A stretch of DNA of 24,000 nucleotides, taken from an uncultured archaeon. GTDB taxonomy: Archaea > Asgardarchaeota > Thorarchaeia > Thorarchaeales > Thorarchaeaceae. Position 1 is the stretch's first letter, and the number at the start of each line of letters is the position of its first letter. The notes beneath the pieces were generated by a model that saw only the letters and a list, made by a program, of their open reading frames with translations, had not been told where the DNA came from and did not search any database. The DNA lies in assembly GCA_964558645.1 (NCBI GenBank), contig CAZLEV010000023.1, positions 2,609 through 26,608 on the forward strand. The letters run 5' to 3'. Shown here in pieces: positions 22,649 to 24,000 of this stretch. Both the position numbers and the translations under genes were made by a program.

Positions 22649-23638
22649 ATGAAAAGTTCCGGAGTTGACAGTGCATCCACAGTAGATGTCATGTCAGGTG
22701 AGAAGAGATCTCATGCTCTGGCCGTCGTACAGGCCTTCTTCGTCACCATCTTGTGGTCTTCATCATGGGTGATTATCAAGTTCGGCCTTGAGGAGATTCC
22801 ACCACTCACCTTCGCTGGCCTGAGATACTTCATCGCGGCAGTCATACTGCTGGCAGCAATCGCAGTTCGACCGCAGTCGCGTCATGCAGTCAGATCGCTC
22901 AGTGCCAGTCAAGCGTGGCAGCTTGCTGGGTACGGGCTGGTGTACATAACCGTGACCATGGGCACTCAGTTCGTGGGTCTTACCCTTCTTCCTGCAATAA
23001 CGGTCTCCCTTCTGCTAAACATGACCCCTCTTATCGTTCTGATACTGGGTGTCTTGTTGTTGAGAGAGGTGCCGACAGCTCGGCAGATAGGATGGGTGCT
23101 CGTTGGCATCTGTGGAGTTCTGCTGTATTTCACACCCCTTGACTTTTCAGGCTTACAGGTCATCGGCCTGATTGTTGTTCTGGTTGGTGTCCTGTCCAAT
23201 AGTTTTTCATCCATCATCGGTAGAGCAATCAATCGAGAACGACAGATACCCGTGCTTGTTGTCACAGCACTGAGCATGACGATTGGGTCTCTGGTGCTTC
23301 TAGTTCTGGGATATCTCTTTGAACCCTCTTCTTCGATAAGCGCCCTATCTTGGTTCTATGTAGTCTGGCTCAGCGTTGTCAACACTGCCCTTGCGTTCAA
23401 TATCTGGCACCGTGCTATGCAGACCTTGCGTGCTGTCGATATGTCTATTATAAACGGGGCAATGCTACCTCAGATTGTGATACTGGCCGTCCTCTTCTTG
23501 GGCGAGATACCTGACATGTTGGACTGGGTCGGTCTGTTCCTGATTGGACTGAGCGCCTTTTTCGTGCAGTTACTTCAGGCAAGAAGAAAAGCACTGAAAC
23601 CCCCGCCGGCTCATGATACACCAGTTGACGAATCGTAG
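22649..23638 (+). CDS. EamA/DMT-superfamily transporter.
   Basis: It has about 10 TM helices in two repeats. 'TILWSSSWVIIKFGLEEIPPLTFAGLRYFIAAVILL' and 'ALAFNIWHRAMQTL' are EamA-like. The start might instead be the internal Met (MSGEKRS). Confidence 0.85.
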   Translation: MKSSGVDSASTVDVMSGEKRSHALAVVQAFFVTILWSSSWVIIKFGLEEIPPLTFAGLRYFIAAVILLAAIAVRPQSRHAVRSLSASQAWQLAGYGLVYITVTMGTQFVGLTLLPAITVSLLLNMTPLIVLILGVLLLREVPTARQIGWVLVGICGVLLYFTPLDFSGLQVIGLIVVLVGVLSNSFSSIIGRAINRERQIPVLVVTALSMTIGSLVLLVLGYLFEPSSSISALSWFYVVWLSVVNTALAFNIWHRAMQTLRAVDMSIINGAMLPQIVILAVLFLGEIPDMLDWVGLFLIGLSAFFVQLLQARRKALKPPPAHDTPVDES

Positions 23639-23690
23639 TTGGAAAGCCCGCGAGAGTCCTTCCTATCCGAGCATCTGCGACTCTTCTGCC

Positions 23691-23999
23691 TTACTGGCCA
23701 GATCTCTTGATACCCGCCTTGCCAACCGCGCGATACTCGAAGCCTTTCGATTCAAGGACTTCTCGGTCAAAGACATTGCGACCGTCAATGATGACGGGTG
23801 TTCTCATGACCTTCTTCAGTCTGTCAAAGTCCAACGATTCGTAGTCTTTGTGTTTAGTCACAAGCACCAGACAGTCTACTCCCTCAGCAGCCTTGTAGAC
23901 ATCCCTGAGTATCTCATGATTCGTGAACTCCCACTGGTGGACATACGGGTCATGAAGCCTGATTGTCGCACCCCTTGCCTGTAGCGAGCCAATCAGTGG
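23691..23999 (-). CDS. Nucleotide-sugar dehydrogenase (UDP-glucose/GDP-mannose dehydrogenase family), C-terminal part. The 5' end lies beyond the window edge.
   Basis: My minus-strand translation is PLIGSLQARGATIRLHDPYVHQWEFTNHEILRDVYKAAEGVDCLVLVTKHKDYESLDFDRLKKVMRTPVIIDGRNVFDREVLESKGFEYRAVGKAGIKRSGQ*. This is the typical UDPG_MGDP_dh C-terminal domain pattern ('L...GA.v..yDP', 'd.vvi.T.H.ef..ld...l', 'viDgRn....e.....Gf.Y..iG'). It is absent from the ORF track because no start lies in the window. It replaces the listed plus-strand ORF 23613..23984. Confidence 0.8.
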   Translation of the reverse strand, partial: PLIGSLQARGATIRLHDPYVHQWEFTNHEILRDVYKAAEGVDCLVLVTKHKDYESLDFDRLKKVMRTPVIIDGRNVFDREVLESKGFEYRAVGKAGIKRSGQ

Positions 24000-24000
24000 T

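Noticed and set aside
23613-23984. A 123-aa plus-strand ORF after the EamA gene.
   Set aside because: The opposite strand in this interval encodes a textbook UDP-glucose/GDP-mannose dehydrogenase C-terminal domain. It is open to the window edge with a stop at 23691-23693. The plus-strand translation has no recognisable features.
1-24000. CRISPR arrays, tRNA/rRNA genes, transposases or integrases, and long direct or terminal inverted repeats.
   Set aside because: None was seen on reading both strands. There were no regularly spaced repeats, no T-loop GGTTCGAATCC-type sequence, and no DDE, tyrosine- or serine-recombinase motifs in any listed ORF. This is a by-eye negative and should be confirmed with tRNAscan-SE, Infernal and repeat finders.

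Overview
The window looks like archaeal chromosome. Supporting signs are an archaeal-type cofactor-independent phosphoglycerate mutase, an aaRS-derived asparagine synthetase, Lrp/AsnC, HxlR and HTH_10 regulators, TATA-like boxes about 30-40 nt upstream of starts, and GGAGGT-type ribosome-binding sites. GC is roughly 50% by eye. No rRNA, tRNA, CRISPR array or mobile element was recognised by reading.

Content in order:
- (1) The 3' part of a beta-helix-repeat surface protein, open to the window edge.
- (2) About 1 kb with no intact gene. It holds decayed remnants of a KdsC-like HAD sugar phosphatase and a second start-less frame.
- (3) A roughly 7.7 kb glycan/polyol-phosphate island at 2183-9859, built from two convergent operons plus a divergent GT2. 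It contains a divergent GT-B, a GT4, two GT2s, a TagB/TagF-type CDP-polyol phosphotransferase, an IPCT/LicC-like cytidylyltransferase, and two uncharacterised membrane genes.
- (4) A stomatin (SPFH) and short-NfeD pair.
- (5) An Lrp/AsnC regulator divergent from an AsnRS-like asparagine synthetase.
- (6) A squalene/phytoene-synthase-family gene, two membrane proteins, and an HxlR regulator divergent from an unlisted 45-codon Cys/His small ORF.
- (7) A lower-glycolysis cluster with pyk divergent from eno-apgM.
- (8) An SDR oxidoreductase, an HTH_10 regulator and an EamA transporter.
- (9) The 3' end of a nucleotide-sugar dehydrogenase on the minus strand, absent from the ORF track.

The most unusual element is the pair of membrane genes in the island. 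Together they carry three paralogous copies of a 2-TM module with an invariant ERNP[YF]xYVP motif, and I cannot assign them to a named family. All product calls come from motif recognition by eye, and no database search was run.
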